The notes: a model not told the origin generated them from the letters alone. Counted from the first letter of the stretch, positions 10,741 through 20,578 are shown. The stretch: 64,000 bases of DNA from a candidate division WOR-3 bacterium (GCA_013177935.1 JABLXZ010000002.1:384181-448180); one strand, 5' to 3'. Numbers and translations: made by a program.

Positions 10741-12204
10741 CTAAGGTTCCCGGATATCGCCGTCAACACAGTCGTAAAATGTGTTGTTGGCACGGAGTTC
10801 CGCGGGTGATGGATATTCGCTACCGGTAAGATAGATGCCATAGGCGGCGCTGTGGCCGATTGAGTCGCCCTGAATTTGGGGCAGGGCGTCGTCGATGTAG
10901 ATGTTGCCATAGCCGTCACCGGCGCCATATTCAATTGTGCAGTTGATAAGTTTAGCATCGGTGTCAATGGTGTTGTCGTAAAATCCGATTGACTGCCAGT
11001 CGCCCCGGCTGGGTGATGGTGATGAGCTGATAAATCGGATGCGGCCGCTGGTGCCATCGGCATTAATTGCACCTCTGCCGCTGTAGCCGCAGTAAAACTC
11101 CACTTCGGGCATAAGTTGAATCGTTGTACCGGGCGCGATGGTCAGAACCGGGTTGTTGGTGTTGCTGCCAACGCTGACATCGCTGTTGATAACATAAGGG
11201 ACACCGGGATTTATCCAGGTGCCGGAGGTGATAACCGAGCCTCCTTTAATCAGGATACCATTCTGGGTGTTACCAGTGAAACTGTTGCCGGTGCCAATGG
11301 TCCGGGCATATTCGGCATGGATGCGCAAGGGAAACTGGTTGCAACTGGTAATGGTGTTGTTGGTAAAGGTCTGGAAACCGGCATCATCGGTGAGATAAAC
11401 ACCGTAATTTCCGCTGTAACGGAAGGTGCAGTTGGTAATTTTAACGCTGGTGATGGCGCTGGCGTAGAGCTCGCCGGGCCAGCTTGACGAGCCGCCACCG
11501 TATTCAAATGTGCAGTAACTGAAACTGGAGGTGCTCATCGCGAGGTCATAAAGTCCCACATTGTACCAGTCGCCTGGTGCTGGCGTGGCAACATTTGAGG
11601 TGAAAAGGATGGTGGAGTCCGGAGTGCCGTTGGCAATGATGGCACCGGCGGTGCCGGCGTAGCCGGTATAAAGTTCAGTTTCCGGAGCAAATTTGACAAT
11701 GCAGCCCGGTTTGATGGTCAGGGTGGCGTTGTTTTCAACCGAGATGTCGTTGTCAATGATGTGCGGGTTGCCTGAAGGGTACCAGGTTTCGTCCTGGGTG
11801 ATTGTGCCGGAGTGGTGCGTTGGTCCGGTGCCGCCGCCACCGCCGGCAATAACAATTGTGATGGCGGTTGATGTTGCCGAATTATCCGCCGCATCATAGG
11901 CTTTGGCATAGACAGTGTGAACCGAGCCAGGTGTTTCGGCAGCAGCGTCCCAGATGTAGCGGAAGGTGTCGGCGGTGCCAGCCTGGTCTGAGCCCTTTAG
12001 GGTGTTGTCGATAAAAAATTCAACTTTGGTTACCGCTTTGTTGTCAGTGGCATAGGCTTTAATCAAGATGTTACCGGCGGCAATGGTATCGTTGTTTAAT
12101 GGACTGACAATTGTAACTTGGGGGTTGGTGGTGTCACTGGTCACGCAGGTTGCCAGTATCGCAACCAGTGCGGCGACCACAGAGAGGATAGTAACTTTTC
12201 TCAT
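10741..12204 (-). CDS. Secreted right-handed parallel beta-helix repeat protein with N-terminal Ig-like domain
   Basis: Signal peptide; repeated NxT/GxY beta-helix rungs (pectate-lyase-like), Ig-like N-terminal segment. Confidence 0.5.
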   Translation of the reverse strand: MRKVTILSVVAALVAILATCVTSDTTNPQVTIVSPLNNDTIAAGNILIKAYATDNKAVTKVEFFIDNTLKGSDQAGTADTFRYIWDAAAETPGSVHTVYAKAYDAADNSATSTAITIVIAGGGGGTGPTHHSGTITQDETWYPSGNPHIIDNDISVENNATLTIKPGCIVKFAPETELYTGYAGTAGAIIANGTPDSTILFTSNVATPAPGDWYNVGLYDLAMSTSSFSYCTFEYGGGSSSWPGELYASAITSVKITNCTFRYSGNYGVYLTDDAGFQTFTNNTITSCNQFPLRIHAEYARTIGTGNSFTGNTQNGILIKGGSVITSGTWINPGVPYVINSDVSVGSNTNNPVLTIAPGTTIQLMPEVEFYCGYSGRGAINADGTSGRIRFISSSPSPSRGDWQSIGFYDNTIDTDAKLINCTIEYGAGDGYGNIYIDDALPQIQGDSIGHSAAYGIYLTGSEYPSPAELRANNTFYDCVDGDIREP

Positions 12205-12525
12205 CTCGACTCCTTTTAGGTTAGAGCTCTTGAATACCTTGTCTTAATTAAGAAAGACAAACGGCATCCGCCAATACTATACCCGGTGCCGGGGTTTTGT
12301 CAAATGGATAATGACCAGTGGGATAAACGCCGGCAGTTGCCGGTCCCGTCTTTGACTGGTATTAAACCTTGCGAACTAAGACCAGTGGCGGCGCAACAAT
12401 GGCAAAACACACAATATCCAACATCATCCCCGATACCGCCCCGGGGTTGGGTATGGAAAATTAAGCCCCAGTTGCCTAACGCTTTAAAATACGAAATGTT
12501 AGAAGAAAAAAGTGCGTTCAGCGGT

Positions 12526-12545
12526 AGTATACTTTAAAGTATACT
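12526..12545. promoter_or_regulatory. 20-bp perfect palindrome AGTATACTTTAAAGTATACT in divergent intergenic region (candidate operator)
   Basis: Exact self-complementarity read directly; core 17-mer GTATACTTTAAAGTATA recurs at 51718-51734. Confidence 0.5.
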
Positions 12546-12642
12546 TAGTTCCGGACGCAAATTTTCAATCGATGCTGGGAATGGGTGATGCTTGACCAGG
12601 GATTTTTAATCGGGAAAATTATAGAGTGAAAGGAGTTGTAAG

Positions 12643-13152
12643 ATGAAAAGGTTAATTGTCATTGTCAGCGCGCTGCTTTTTATCGTCTGTGGTGGACAGA
12701 AGCCGGCACAAACTGAGGCGCCGTCAACGGTTTCGGACACAGTAAGTTTGAAAACAGCCGAAACGGCTAAGCCGGAGTCAACCGGGTCAGCAGTTGCTCC
12801 AGAACCGACACCGGCAACGCCGGCAGAAAATGTTTCGCCAGAAAAGGTGGCGGGAAAGAGTGAAAAGCCGGCAGAACTGCCCAAACTGTGGGACTTTTTT
12901 GCAACCTGGTGTCCGCCCTGTAAGAAGCAGGCACCGATTGTGGAGGAGATTGCCCGTGAGTTTGAGGGCGTGGTTGAGGTCCGTTCCATTGACACCGACA
13001 AGGAGCAGGAACTGGCACGCAAATTCAACATTCAGGCGATTCCAACGCTGGTATTTTTGGACCCATCAGGCAAGGAACTTTCCCGTAATGTCGGCTTGAT
13101 GAGCAAAGACTCAATCATCGCCCGGTTCAAGACGCACGGGTTTATCAAGTAG
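12643..13152 (+). CDS. Membrane-anchored thioredoxin-family thiol-disulfide oxidoreductase
   Basis: WCPPC active site, N-terminal lipoprotein-like signal, Pro/Ala/Glu-rich linker, AAAGGAG SD. Confidence 0.7.
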   Translation: MKRLIVIVSALLFIVCGGQKPAQTEAPSTVSDTVSLKTAETAKPESTGSAVAPEPTPATPAENVSPEKVAGKSEKPAELPKLWDFFATWCPPCKKQAPIVEEIAREFEGVVEVRSIDTDKEQELARKFNIQAIPTLVFLDPSGKELSRNVGLMSKDSIIARFKTHGFIK

Positions 13153-13395
13153 GGCAGAAGAAAAAGGCACTATTTACTTTTTATACGGGTTTTTAGACAA
13201 ACCTTCTGGTTTTATCGAATAGCAACGCAATCTTTATCCAAATAGATTGAAAACTTTGCGAAACCATTTCATAGAACAGTGTTTATAAGAAGACCGGTCA
13301 ATCTTAACAGCGGGAACAACGCACCTAAAATGACGGGGTTCAGTTAGCTTGATAAAATAATACTTTACAAAAGAAAAAAGTCAGTTAATAATATA

Positions 13396-14034
13396 ATGGT
13401 GGTAGTGAATATGATCGGCAGATGCTCGCGTTGGAAAAAATGCAAAGCGGGTAAAAACCCAAAGATAGGGTGTTATGGGTGTGGATTTAAACATTTTGAG
13501 AATATATTAAATGAGAACAAAGAAAATAAAATGTTACAATTTTTAGCAGAAAAATTTTTTGATTTATGCTCGGAAAGACAAAATCGGGGAGGAAGGATTG
13601 CTCTTGATAAACCAATAAATGAGTTGCTCATAAAAGAGATTCAAGAGCTTAACGAGTTGAATATCGAAGACCTTACACTGACCATTAATGGAGAGGAGGT
13701 CAATTTTAAGGTTAAGTGTGACGGGAAATTTGAGTATAACAAAATATACTTTTTTTACGAGGTCAAAGGATTAGGAGAGGGTTCCAATGATATACTCTCT
13801 GCAATCACTGCTGCCCAGTTATTAAAGGAGGCAATAGGAAGTAACTACCACTATTATTATATTGGGATTACTAGAAACAACTCCAATAACGCCTTTCGCA
13901 ATAAGAAGAAGAGTAAGATTTACCCATATGTGAAATGGGCAGAAAATAAAGGTTTTTTGAAGTTCTATAGCATTGTAGACATTCAAGAACTTGTAAACGA
14001 AATTAAACAGGTAATTAATAAAAAAGAATCTTAA
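13396..14034 (+). CDS. Hypothetical protein with N-terminal Cys4 zinc-ribbon, first gene of AT-rich RM islet (possible nuclease/accessory)
   Basis: CSRWKKC...GCYGCG zinc-ribbon-like motif; K/N/I-rich AT codon usage; possible D...EVK PD-(D/E)xK-like motif; function not recognisable. Confidence 0.4.
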   Translation: MVVVNMIGRCSRWKKCKAGKNPKIGCYGCGFKHFENILNENKENKMLQFLAEKFFDLCSERQNRGGRIALDKPINELLIKEIQELNELNIEDLTLTINGEEVNFKVKCDGKFEYNKIYFFYEVKGLGEGSNDILSAITAAQLLKEAIGSNYHYYYIGITRNNSNNAFRNKKKSKIYPYVKWAENKGFLKFYSIVDIQELVNEIKQVINKKES

Positions 14035-14069
14035 AAGGCGGCATCATCTTACACGCATAAGAAGAGATT

Positions 14070-14918
14070 ATGACCCATCATAAGTTGATAATTGGCAATT
14101 GCATGAGTATGAAAGAGATTCCAGATGAGAGTGTCCATCTGATGGTTACTTCCCCACCATATTTCAATGCACCTTTTGACTATAAAGGGCTATTTAAAAA
14201 TTATGACCAGTACCTTGGTGTTCTTAATAGGGTAGCCAAAGAAGTTTATAGAGTATTAAAAGAAGGCAGGATTGCTGTCTTAAACATTGATGATATGCTT
14301 GTCAATAGTGAAAAGTTTCCTATTGTTGCGGATGCAACGAAAATATTTCAAAGTGCGGGTTTCCGGTATCGGGATAGGATTATCTGGAAAAAACCTGATG
14401 GCTATTTAAGAATCAGCAGGAGAAGCGGGGTACTTCTCCAAAATCCTTATCCGATGTACTTTTACCCGGATAATCTTTTAGAAAGTATAATTATTTTTCA
14501 AAAAGGGAAATTTAACTATCATTCCATCCCCAAGGAAATTAGGGAAGCATCAAAGATAGACCTAAAGGAATTTTCTGATAACAAATGGTATATGACATTA
14601 TGGGAAATGGTTAATGTTTTGCCCAACTCGCCGTTAGAAAAGGAAATTGCGGCATTTCCCGAAGAGTTGCCTTATAGGATAATTAAACTATTTTCGTATA
14701 AAGGAGAAACAGTCTTAGACCCGTTTGTCGGCAGTGGTACCACAATGAAGGTTGCCCGAGAACTCGGCAGAAACAGTATCGGGATTGAGATAAAAAAGTC
14801 ATTGATTCCGATTATCAAGAAAAAGGTGGGTTTTGAAGGACAGTTGAAGATTGAGAACAGCGATGACACATTTGAGGTTATAATAAGGGAAGGCGTCAAG
14901 TATGGATGTGTCGGCTAA
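14070..14918 (+). CDS. Beta-class N4-cytosine/N6-adenine DNA methyltransferase (Type II RM)
   Basis: Motif IV SPPY near N-terminus (MVTSPPYFN) and motif I FVGSGTT near C-terminus = beta-class amino-MTase order. Confidence 0.8.
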   Translation: MTHHKLIIGNCMSMKEIPDESVHLMVTSPPYFNAPFDYKGLFKNYDQYLGVLNRVAKEVYRVLKEGRIAVLNIDDMLVNSEKFPIVADATKIFQSAGFRYRDRIIWKKPDGYLRISRRSGVLLQNPYPMYFYPDNLLESIIIFQKGKFNYHSIPKEIREASKIDLKEFSDNKWYMTLWEMVNVLPNSPLEKEIAAFPEELPYRIIKLFSYKGETVLDPFVGSGTTMKVARELGRNSIGIEIKKSLIPIIKKKVGFEGQLKIENSDDTFEVIIREGVKYGCVG

Positions 14919-15975
14919 AATTACCGGCATTAAATATTCGCCCCTTTTATGCCGAAATCTGAATACATATTCATTAAGGCAACTTGATGAGGCGTTATCA
15001 AGAGATAGCGCTTTTATTTTAAATGTGGATAACATGGGGCAAGTTGCAGTAAGTTGGTGGGTTTCAGCGAAGAGAACAAGGTCTTATCCTTACGCCCGGG
15101 TTTACGATACCCTTAGCTTTCAAGGTAAAAAAGTCACCATAATCCCAATTGTGAAAGATGAAGGAAAAGAAGGAGACCGAGACTTTTTACAGTGGGATAC
15201 TATTTCGTTAATGAGTTTATTAGGTGTTTACACAATTATCTCTTATTACAATTATGCGGAAAGAAGTCGTAGATATCGGCACAAAATAACAAGCCAGCGG
15301 TTTGATATCACACACCTTACAAGGGAAGTAAACAACCTTATGTCCTATCAATCAGATGCCTTACATTGGAACCTTGCTCAAATTGAGAATGTTGGAGAGA
15401 TAGGCAAACGGGCAATTGATTCCTATGAAAGGATTTCAAAAGAGCTTGGTGTTGAAATGCACTCCAGAGAGTCAGCCAGGGAAAGAATTGCAGAGCTCCT
15501 TAAAGGTAAAGAAAATTTTATGACGCTTTCGAGAGATTTGGCGAGGAAAGCACAAGAACGGGAATCGCAAACAAACCAACCCAAAGAAAAGTTATCCGGA
15601 ATAAAAGCAACTCTAACGATAAAAAACTATATTGGCGGTTATTATTTTTTTACCTGCGACGAGGTTAATATCGAAAAGGGAGTTATACAGTTAATAGAGG
15701 GAAAACATAGCAAGCAAAGCATCATTCCTTCATTGGAAGACATAAAAGATGGATTAGTGAAAATGATTTTATTTACTAATTTGACGGAAGTGAAAATTGG
15801 GGATGTTAAGTATAAGCCTGTCTCGATCTTAAAACTTACAAGCGACCGGAAGTTTTCATTAGCATCTTTAAGCAAGTCAAGGGTAAACGATTTACGACTT
15901 CTGAAAAGAGAAGCGATAGTGAATAATTTTAAGGTATTGGTAAACAATATCGATTTGCAGGAAATTGATATATGA
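14902..15975 (+). CDS. Candidate cognate Type II restriction endonuclease (hypothetical)
   Basis: Overlaps MTase by 17 nt (translational coupling), same AT-rich codon usage; possible PD-x13-ExK (CDEV...IEGK); no recognisable family. Confidence 0.4.
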   Translation: MDVSAKITGIKYSPLLCRNLNTYSLRQLDEALSRDSAFILNVDNMGQVAVSWWVSAKRTRSYPYARVYDTLSFQGKKVTIIPIVKDEGKEGDRDFLQWDTISLMSLLGVYTIISYYNYAERSRRYRHKITSQRFDITHLTREVNNLMSYQSDALHWNLAQIENVGEIGKRAIDSYERISKELGVEMHSRESARERIAELLKGKENFMTLSRDLARKAQERESQTNQPKEKLSGIKATLTIKNYIGGYYFFTCDEVNIEKGVIQLIEGKHSKQSIIPSLEDIKDGLVKMILFTNLTEVKIGDVKYKPVSILKLTSDRKFSLASLSKSRVNDLRLLKREAIVNNFKVLVNNIDLQEIDI

Positions 15976-16123
15976 GAAGGACGATTAGCGGTGGATAATA
16001 CACCGAAAAGGTGTGCACATAATGGAATGCACAATGATTTTAATGCAATATAACAAAAGATATAACACATTCATAGCAGGTAGAACCTTGCAAATAGGCT
16101 ATTTTTGAGGAGCACAAAACCTA

Positions 16124-16151
16124 TTGACAAAAATTAATTTTGCATTATAAT
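16124..16151 (+). promoter_or_regulatory. Sigma70-like promoter TTGACA-N16-TATAAT
   Basis: Consensus hexamers read directly, ~85 nt upstream of start at 16236. Confidence 0.55.
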
Positions 16152-16235
16152 TAAACTGGACGCAGAGTTTGATGAGTACTGAAGTTAAGCGCGACGCTAA
16201 AGCCACTCACTTTTTAAAGTGGGGAAGGAGGTGAT

Positions 16236-18899
16236 ATGGTAAATAAACCGTTGTGTTTGTTAATCGGTTTAGCCCTTTTGTTTTCGGTTTTGGTTAGTTC
16301 CCCGGTTACAAAGTTGCCACCCTCCACCCCAAGCCAAAACAATTCCGAGACTTTTTATCTAAACAACAACCGCTTTGTCACCAGAATTTATGCCCAACCT
16401 ATTGACCAGCATCGTGAGAGTGAAAGGCTGCCGGTTATGGCAGAATCAACCCGGCGCGCCTATCCTCAGAATGACGGTTTCTGGACCGGCAATGTGAGGA
16501 CCAGAACCAACAATTGGGAAAAAAACTCGGGGGATATTGTCGCGACCAGTCAACCCCAAAGCGCCTCCCAGTGGTGGTATCAAGGCTGGTTTAAATTTGA
16601 CCTGTCCACCATTCCGGACGATGCGATAATTGACACGGTGAGTCTTAATTACTACTGCTACGAAGCGGCAAGCGGTCCCAGTACCTTTATCCGTCTGTTG
16701 CCTGGTGACCCGGTGCCGCAAACACCTCAAACGCTCTGGAACTGGATAACGACCGGTACCGCACTAACTCTCGCCCAGACGCATGGACTGGGCTGGATAA
16801 CGCGCGTTCTGAACAGTACGGGCCGCGCCGCGGTAGAGTCCTGCTTGACCCAGAACTGGATTGCGCTTGGTTTGCACGAATGGACCAACCGCACCGGAGC
16901 GATTTTAAGGGCGTATGGTATTGGTACCGGGCAGTACGTTCCTTACCTTGAAATCGCTTACAACCTGCCAGCGCGCACCGATATTTCTGCGGAAGAGGTG
17001 CTGGAACCGGTGGGTAATATCCCTCAGGGAACAATAATCGTACCGACCGGAAGGTGGCGTAATCGGCAACCCCATCCGGATGATTACTATGCCTGGTTTA
17101 TCTTCATTAGCCCGACAAATCAACGCTACACATTGCCCGGAAAGTTTGTCCAGGGGCACCCGGGTTTGAGTGATACTATTCTGTTCTTTACCCCGTTTGC
17201 TTTAAACGATACCGGCCGCTGGACCGTTAAATGTTCCACTTATGCCGAGGGCGATATTGACCAGAATAACGATGTTATTCTACGGTTCTTCCGGGTATTC
17301 TCCAGTGGTTCTGGGAATAACTTTGATGTGGCGGTCACCGAAATTTTTTCGCCGGTTGGGGTTTATGACACCAACGCAACGATTGTGCCCCGCGCCTCCT
17401 GGAAGAATAACTCTGCCAATTCAGCGACATTTTATGCCTATGTGGGCTTGACCAATCCAGCCGGTATTAGAACATACACCAATTCGTATATTGTTACCAA
17501 TCTGCCGGCAGGGGCTGATACTACAATTGAATTTGTTCCTTATAATGTGGGTATGGATACCGGGCGCTGGGCGGTATGTTGTTCGACCGTGGCAATCGGT
17601 GACACATATCCGGATAACGACTGGCGTCTTGGTCAATTTGCCGTTTATGAGGGTGGTGGTGCCAACCAAGCGGGCTGGTATGAAAAAACACCGATGCCGT
17701 TACAGCCTTCGGGTAAATCGATAAAAGACGGTGGCTGGCTGACCTTTGACCAGGGAAGCGGTTTACTTTTCGCTGCCAAGGGGAATAAGACCGGTGATTT
17801 CTACTGTTATGACCCGCAGGCTGATACCTGGCACGAACTGAACTTCTGGCCCGGGGGAATAGAAGGTAAAGGTCCGTCAAAGGGTGCGGTCGGTATTGCG
17901 GATGGGTATGGCCGGATTTTTGCGGTAAAAGGAAACAACACCCGGGGGTTCTGGTGCTATTATCATGAAGGGGACTCCTGGCGTCAACTTCCGGATGTGC
18001 CGCTTGGACCATCAAACAAAAAGGTCAAGGGGGGCAGTGATGTTGTGTATGTTGAACAGGGAGGTACGCCTTTTGTTTATCTCTTGAAGGGGTATAAAAA
18101 TGAGTTTTATCGTTTTAACTTAACGACCGACTCCTGGGAGCTTTTGCCCGAAGCACCCCAGGCGATTCACCCGAAATGGGACAAAGGGTCGTGGCTGGTG
18201 TACGATGGCAATCAGTACATATATGCGCACAAAGCAAAGTATCACGAATTCTGGCGGTTTGACCTTTACACCCTTACCTGGGATACAACGCGGCTGCAGG
18301 GGATGCCATTTTTGAGCCGGACCGGGAAAAACAAAAAAGCAAAGGATGGCAGTAGTGCGGCATATCGGGATGGCGCGATATTTGCATTAAAGGGTGGCAA
18401 TACCTGTGAGTTCTACTGCTATGACATTATCGGCGATACCTGGACCGAGCTGGCACCAATGCCCGAGGTTGGTTCAACCGGCAGAAAGAAAAGGGTGAAG
18501 GGCGGCGGCGACATTACCGTATATTCGCCAACTATGATTTTTGCCCTGAAAGGTAACAAAACCCGGGAACTTTGGTGCTATTACACGCCGACATTAAATT
18601 CGGCGGCGCCCTTACAGGGGATAACCAGTGCCTCCTCAACGCCGCGATTTGATTTTGGTCTCTTTCCCAATCCCTGCCGTGCTAACGAAGTCACTGTTTT
18701 CTGTCCGGATACACGAAGCGGCTTATTGACAATCTCGCTTTACGACATAACCGGCGCGCTCCGCCTGAAAAAACAGTTAAACCTCACAAAAACTGCCGGG
18801 CGCACCCTGGACCTGTCGTCGATACCTAACGGCATCTACTGGGTAAAATTAGAACAGGGCAAAAGGGCACGGGCGCAGAAGTTAGTTGTCAATCGGTAG
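16236..18899 (+). CDS. Large secreted beta-propeller (Kelch-like) / CARDB-like repeat protein with T9SS C-terminal domain; paralog of 46891..50931
   Basis: Signal peptide, repeated KGxxxEFxxYD...W propeller blades, C-terminal T9SS tail; C-terminal 300 aa ~60 percent identical to 46891 ORF. Confidence 0.6.
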   Translation: MVNKPLCLLIGLALLFSVLVSSPVTKLPPSTPSQNNSETFYLNNNRFVTRIYAQPIDQHRESERLPVMAESTRRAYPQNDGFWTGNVRTRTNNWEKNSGDIVATSQPQSASQWWYQGWFKFDLSTIPDDAIIDTVSLNYYCYEAASGPSTFIRLLPGDPVPQTPQTLWNWITTGTALTLAQTHGLGWITRVLNSTGRAAVESCLTQNWIALGLHEWTNRTGAILRAYGIGTGQYVPYLEIAYNLPARTDISAEEVLEPVGNIPQGTIIVPTGRWRNRQPHPDDYYAWFIFISPTNQRYTLPGKFVQGHPGLSDTILFFTPFALNDTGRWTVKCSTYAEGDIDQNNDVILRFFRVFSSGSGNNFDVAVTEIFSPVGVYDTNATIVPRASWKNNSANSATFYAYVGLTNPAGIRTYTNSYIVTNLPAGADTTIEFVPYNVGMDTGRWAVCCSTVAIGDTYPDNDWRLGQFAVYEGGGANQAGWYEKTPMPLQPSGKSIKDGGWLTFDQGSGLLFAAKGNKTGDFYCYDPQADTWHELNFWPGGIEGKGPSKGAVGIADGYGRIFAVKGNNTRGFWCYYHEGDSWRQLPDVPLGPSNKKVKGGSDVVYVEQGGTPFVYLLKGYKNEFYRFNLTTDSWELLPEAPQAIHPKWDKGSWLVYDGNQYIYAHKAKYHEFWRFDLYTLTWDTTRLQGMPFLSRTGKNKKAKDGSSAAYRDGAIFALKGGNTCEFYCYDIIGDTWTELAPMPEVGSTGRKKRVKGGGDITVYSPTMIFALKGNKTRELWCYYTPTLNSAAPLQGITSASSTPRFDFGLFPNPCRANEVTVFCPDTRSGLLTISLYDITGALRLKKQLNLTKTAGRTLDLSSIPNGIYWVKLEQGKRARAQKLVVNR

Positions 18900-18984
18900 T
18901 AACGCGCGGTATCGGACAATTTACCGTCAGTGATTTAGGGTATTTCCCGGGTTGAGACCAGAGCAATAAATAGGAAGTTAGCCG

Positions 18985-19296
18985 ATGCTAAAGGGTAAAC
19001 TGAAAAATGAGCCTGGTTATCTTGAAACCTGGGGAACAATTAAAGGGCTTCTGGAGGTGTGGGAAAAGGGTCAAGACCTTGAGGTCAGGGGTTTCTGCAC
19101 CGATATTGTGGAACTGTACAGCTGGCTTTTGCCTTCAATCGCCGCTGCCCATCCCCGGCAGGAGATTTACCTCGGTGCGATTCGGATTTGTGAGACCGAA
19201 ACAGAGCGGGAAATACTCAAGCAGGAAATTCGATTGTATCTGGAGGCGCAATCCGGGAAAATGGAGCGGGTAACACCAAGCCGTCAGGTAAGATAG
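18985..19296 (+). CDS. Hypothetical small protein
   Basis: ORF bracketed by intergenic region with AGGAAG SD and a downstream terminator. Confidence 0.35.
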   Translation: MLKGKLKNEPGYLETWGTIKGLLEVWEKGQDLEVRGFCTDIVELYSWLLPSIAAAHPRQEIYLGAIRICETETEREILKQEIRLYLEAQSGKMERVTPSRQVR

Positions 19297-19311
19297 TAAA
19301 CGCCCGAAAAG

Positions 19312-19342
19312 CAAAGCGGGGCGAAAACTCGCCCCGCTTTTT
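19312..19342. terminator. Bidirectional rho-independent terminator
   Basis: AGCGGGGCGaaaactCGCCCCGCTTTTT between convergent genes. Confidence 0.7.
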
Positions 19343-19357
19343 GTTCTGTTGCAATAG

Positions 19358-20482
19358 TTACTTTCGTTCGTCCATTGTCCAGGGTAGAGGTGGGTCGGTT
19401 TCAATGGTGTTCAGGTCGGTGATTGTGCCGTTGACCGCATTCAGTTTGAACACATGCCACCACATCCGGTTGTTCGCTGGTTCGGTGGGAACATTGTAGG
19501 TACGGATGAGGTTGCCGTACTGATAAATCCGGACCACAGCACCGGAACCGGTGATTGTGCTGTCTGATGACCACTGATGGACCGCGTAGATGTATTCGCC
19601 CGGGAATGCCTGAGTGATAGTGATGTGTTCTGGTCCATAACTGGTTACATCGTCAACATCAAGCGAGCAGTAGGGTGCGATATGACTATAGCCTTTGCGA
19701 CCGAAGTAGACATGCCAGGAGTCACCTTCAATTTCCGGGGTCCAGATGTGGGAGTCAAGGTCGCGCGGATATTCACCCCAGGTCAATGCGATGGTGTAAG
19801 GATAGGCGGTGTCGGTGACAACAAAGCCCAGAGGCTCAGACCAGTCTGACACACCACCCAGTTTATCCTGTGCCTGAACTGAGACATAGTAAACGCCACC
19901 CTGTGCCCAGGAGTAAGAAGCGGAGTCCAGTGCGCCACTGGGAACCGGCACACCCCAATCTGAGGTGTCGCCGTTGCCCCAGTAAAACCGGAACTGAACC
20001 GCATCACCATCCGGGTCGGTGGTTGTCGCCGAGAAGTAGTAGGTTCGTCCTTTGACGCCGCTTATTGGTCCGGTTGGTATTGCCGGAGTTACAGGGTCCT
20101 GGTTGGCGCGCACCGTAACAACGAGCGCTGCTGACCAGTCGGACACATTGCCCTTGGTGTCTTTTGCCCGGGCAACAACTGAATATGTTCCCGCAGCATT
20201 CCAGAAGATTGATATCAACACCGAATCACCGCTCGGCACAAAAACGCTCCAGGCAGAGGTGTCGCTGGCAGCGGAGCCGTACTTGAATTGGTAGGAAATA
20301 CTGTCGCCATCAGGGTCAGTTGTTTTGGCGCTGTACACACCGATGATGCCGATTCCCCTCATATCAGGTCCGTTTGGCTTGGCTGGTTTGTTAGGCACGC
20401 CAACACGGCCAAATAGGTTGCAGCCGGCAGTTGCCAAAATTACGGCAAACATTGCCAGAGCCAAGAACTTTTTGGTATGCAT
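19358..20482 (-). CDS. Lipoprotein with tandem PKD/cadherin-like domains
   Basis: Start refined to MHTKKFLALAMFAVILATAGC (lipobox, GGAG SD); two TTDPDGD-containing Ig-like repeats. Confidence 0.5.
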   Translation of the reverse strand: MHTKKFLALAMFAVILATAGCNLFGRVGVPNKPAKPNGPDMRGIGIIGVYSAKTTDPDGDSISYQFKYGSAASDTSAWSVFVPSGDSVLISIFWNAAGTYSVVARAKDTKGNVSDWSAALVVTVRANQDPVTPAIPTGPISGVKGRTYYFSATTTDPDGDAVQFRFYWGNGDTSDWGVPVPSGALDSASYSWAQGGVYYVSVQAQDKLGGVSDWSEPLGFVVTDTAYPYTIALTWGEYPRDLDSHIWTPEIEGDSWHVYFGRKGYSHIAPYCSLDVDDVTSYGPEHITITQAFPGEYIYAVHQWSSDSTITGSGAVVRIYQYGNLIRTYNVPTEPANNRMWWHVFKLNAVNGTITDLNTIETDPPLPWTMDERK

Positions 20483-20539
20483 TAATAACTCCTTAGTTAG
20501 TTTTACAGCCTGCAAAACAATAGCGGATAAATTTCTTAA

Positions 20540-20578
20540 TGTCAAATTGTTTGACAGACAATAAAGTATGTGTATTAT
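20540..20578 (+). promoter_or_regulatory. ars promoter with ArsR-type operator: palindrome TGTCAAAttgTTTGACA overlapping -35 TTGACA, -10 TATTAT
   Basis: 7-3-7 inverted repeat read directly; immediately upstream of arsR; tandem TGCACATA TGCACATA at transcript start. Confidence 0.55.
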
